Shown here: positions 62,407-64,000 of the stretch, piece after piece
How positions within the stretch are numbered: position 1 is the first letter of the stretch
Layout: the number at the start of each line of letters is the position of its first letter
Source: Isurus oxyrinchus
Lineage: Eukaryota
Assembly: GCA_026770705.1 (NCBI GenBank)
Contig: JANJGN010000052.1
Coordinates: 2,294,001 to 2,358,000 of the forward strand
Reading direction: 5' to 3'
DNA length: 64,000 nt
The notes under the pieces: model-generated
Told to the model about the DNA's origin: nothing
What the model saw: only the letters and a program-made list of their open reading frames with translations
Database searches by the model: none
Made by a program: the position numbers and the translations under genes

Positions 62407-62523
62407 CCAGAGGGACATCTCTTAGCTTAACCTCGACAAGGAGAAGAAGTGACTCAGCTGCAGGGAGAGCAGCAAAGTCAGAGTGAACAAGACAAGTCGC
62501 CATTTCATCTGGGAGCTTCCCAT
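62407..62523 (-). CDS. hamp: Hepcidin-like exon 1 (signal peptide), apparently disrupted
   Basis: (MGSSQ)MKWRLVLFTLTLLLSLQLSHFFSLSRLS*EMSLW|GTGAGG: hydrophobic signal, phase-0 donor, in-frame TAA at 62422-62424. Confidence 0.6.
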
Positions 62524-62594
62524 CTCTGCCTGTCTCTTCTGATCTTCTGGCTCTGCTTTGATGCTTTGGTTTGTAACTAGAGGAGCTTCCTGCT

Positions 62595-62742
62595 CTTATA
62601 CCTGAAACACTTGAAGGGGACAGCCGCGGGTGGGTAGCTGTGTGGTATCACACCCATTTCTGGATATTGCAGTGTCGATGTTCCCTGTCCCACTGGCCTG
62701 GGACCAGCAGTAAGGTCACTGGGACATTGACTGTCTGGCGCC
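62595..62742 (-). promoter_or_regulatory. Hepcidin promoter: TATA-like TATAAG (62595-62600) and GGCGCC BMP-response-like element (62737-62742) with adjacent GTCT/AGAC
   Basis: Motifs read directly from the sequence, at suitable distances upstream of the ATG. Confidence 0.5.
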
Positions 62743-63469
62743 GAGAACTATCAGTCCCTCCGCAACGCCCTTCACCTTGTGCAAATATGTGTTCATATTG
62801 ACGCAACACAACATAGCAAAAACATAGGGGCTGGTTCTTATGTCGGCAAATCAGGTGAACCGCATGCCCCCTAACCCATTACTCCTCTCATTGCTACACT
62901 TACTATTTTACAAATTGTGTGCGTTGCTTTTATTTTGGACAAGGGGCCTCGAGGGGGAACTGATTTACAATTTGTAACCTCCTCCAGCCCCTACAACACT
63001 CCTTATCTCTGTAACCTCCTCCAGCACCTACAACACTCCTTATCTCTGTAACCTCCTCCAGCCCCTGTAACCCTCCCCATCTCTTGAAGGGTTCTCAAAA
63101 TTTCCAACTGTCAAGGAACCCTGGGTTGGTGAGCGTGACCCCTGACCTCTCCTAGTGCAATTTAGTTAGGGTTTGGGGGTGGGACAAGGGTAAGGGCATT
63201 AGTAGCGTGATTCTCCCTCGTTATGCCGTGTGTTCCCCATTCTTAACTCAGTGTACTTTGTAAGTCTGTATAATCTCAGTGTCATCCTAATGTTAGAAGT
63301 TCATTTGTGACTTCAGTAAACTCAGTTTTTGTCTTGCACCAAAACCAGTTGTCTGCTGCACTTTGTGACAAGCCCCGAATAAGTCCAAGGTCTAGAACCC
63401 AGGGAGTGGGAGCGATTCAGACGGCTCAGAAGTCGCAGGTGAAGCTGACACACACCACCACACCCTACA

Positions 63470-63702
63470 AGGGGCTGAATGGCCTCCTCCTGTTCCTGTG
63501 TAATGGGCTTCAGTGGCTGAATGACCTCCTCCTGTTCCTGTATAACGGACATAAGTGGCAGAATGGCCTCCTCCTGTTTCTGTGTAACAGTCTTGAGGGG
63601 GCTGAATGGCCTCCTCCTGTTCCTGTGTAACAGTCTCGAGGGGGCTGAATGGCCTCCTCCTGTTCCTGTGTAACAGGCTCAAGGGGCTGAATGGCCTCCT
63701 TC
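63470..63702. repeat. About 43-bp minisatellite (reverse orientation)
   Basis: ggctgaatggcctcctcctgttcctgtgtaacag units. Confidence 0.85.
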
Positions 63703-64000
63703 TGCACTGTAAACTTGTTGTGATACTGTAACTGCCTCTTTGGTTTCATTCAGCTGAATCTTCAGCTCTTCAGTCTCTTCCTTGTATCTCTTGCCTTCCT
63801 CCTGGAACATTGGACATGGTTGGGTCTTCCCTGCCAACTGTTTCTTCAGTTTGCTCAGAGCGGCACAGAATTCGCTTTCTTTCTCTTCAGGATTTTCCAG
63901 TGGAACCAACTCTGACCTGAGGGACACTTGCAGCCTGTGAGGATGCTTCAATTCTTCAAACTCATTCCGAGATACACTCTCATATTCCCCCAGCAACTCA
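63703..64000 (-). other. Open coiled-coil-like coding fragment at the window edge; origin unclear
   Basis: About 95 stop-free E/K/L-rich codons (EKESEFCAALSKLKKQL..YKEETEELKIQLNETKEA) ending abruptly at the minisatellite with no clear donor. Confidence 0.35.

Noticed and set aside
62655-62668. STAT3 site in the hepcidin promoter (tttctggata)
   Set aside because: Does not match the TTCN3GAA consensus; too weak to call.

Overview
Vertebrate, intron-rich DNA. The repeat content (HE1-like SINE, Penelope, CR1/L2, Gypsy, shark-type minisatellites) points to a cartilaginous fish; this is inference. Most ORF-track entries are repeat noise, so genes were assembled by hand from splice sites and reading phases. 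(1) About 1-52 kb is a recently duplicated cluster of Siglec/CD22/MAG-like Ig receptor genes. Gene A (minus) has a leader and three V-set exons and runs off the left edge. Gene B (plus) has a broken V exon, one intact C2 exon and a TM exon with an intramembrane Arg and short tail. Gene C (plus) has a leader, two V, one C2 plus four near-identical C2/I-type exons, a neutral TM and a tail with three YxN motifs ending SVYGNL. Gene D (plus) is a duplicate of B with the V exon deleted. Together they resemble a paired activating/inhibitory receptor array with a V-V tandem design and hypervariable ligand loops. (2) 58.0-62.7 kb on the minus strand holds a three-exon hepcidin-like gene missed by the ORF track. 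It has an RQKR furin site and an 8-Cys mature peptide (MSRQRHCRFCCNCCNWREPNETCGICCRY) with an unusually long, glycosylatable loop. It also has a TATA box, a GGCGCC BMP-response-like element and an apparent lesion in exon 1. This mirrors the mammalian HAMP-MAG-CD22 linkage. There is one assembly gap (3394-3576). All gene models are unvalidated manual predictions.
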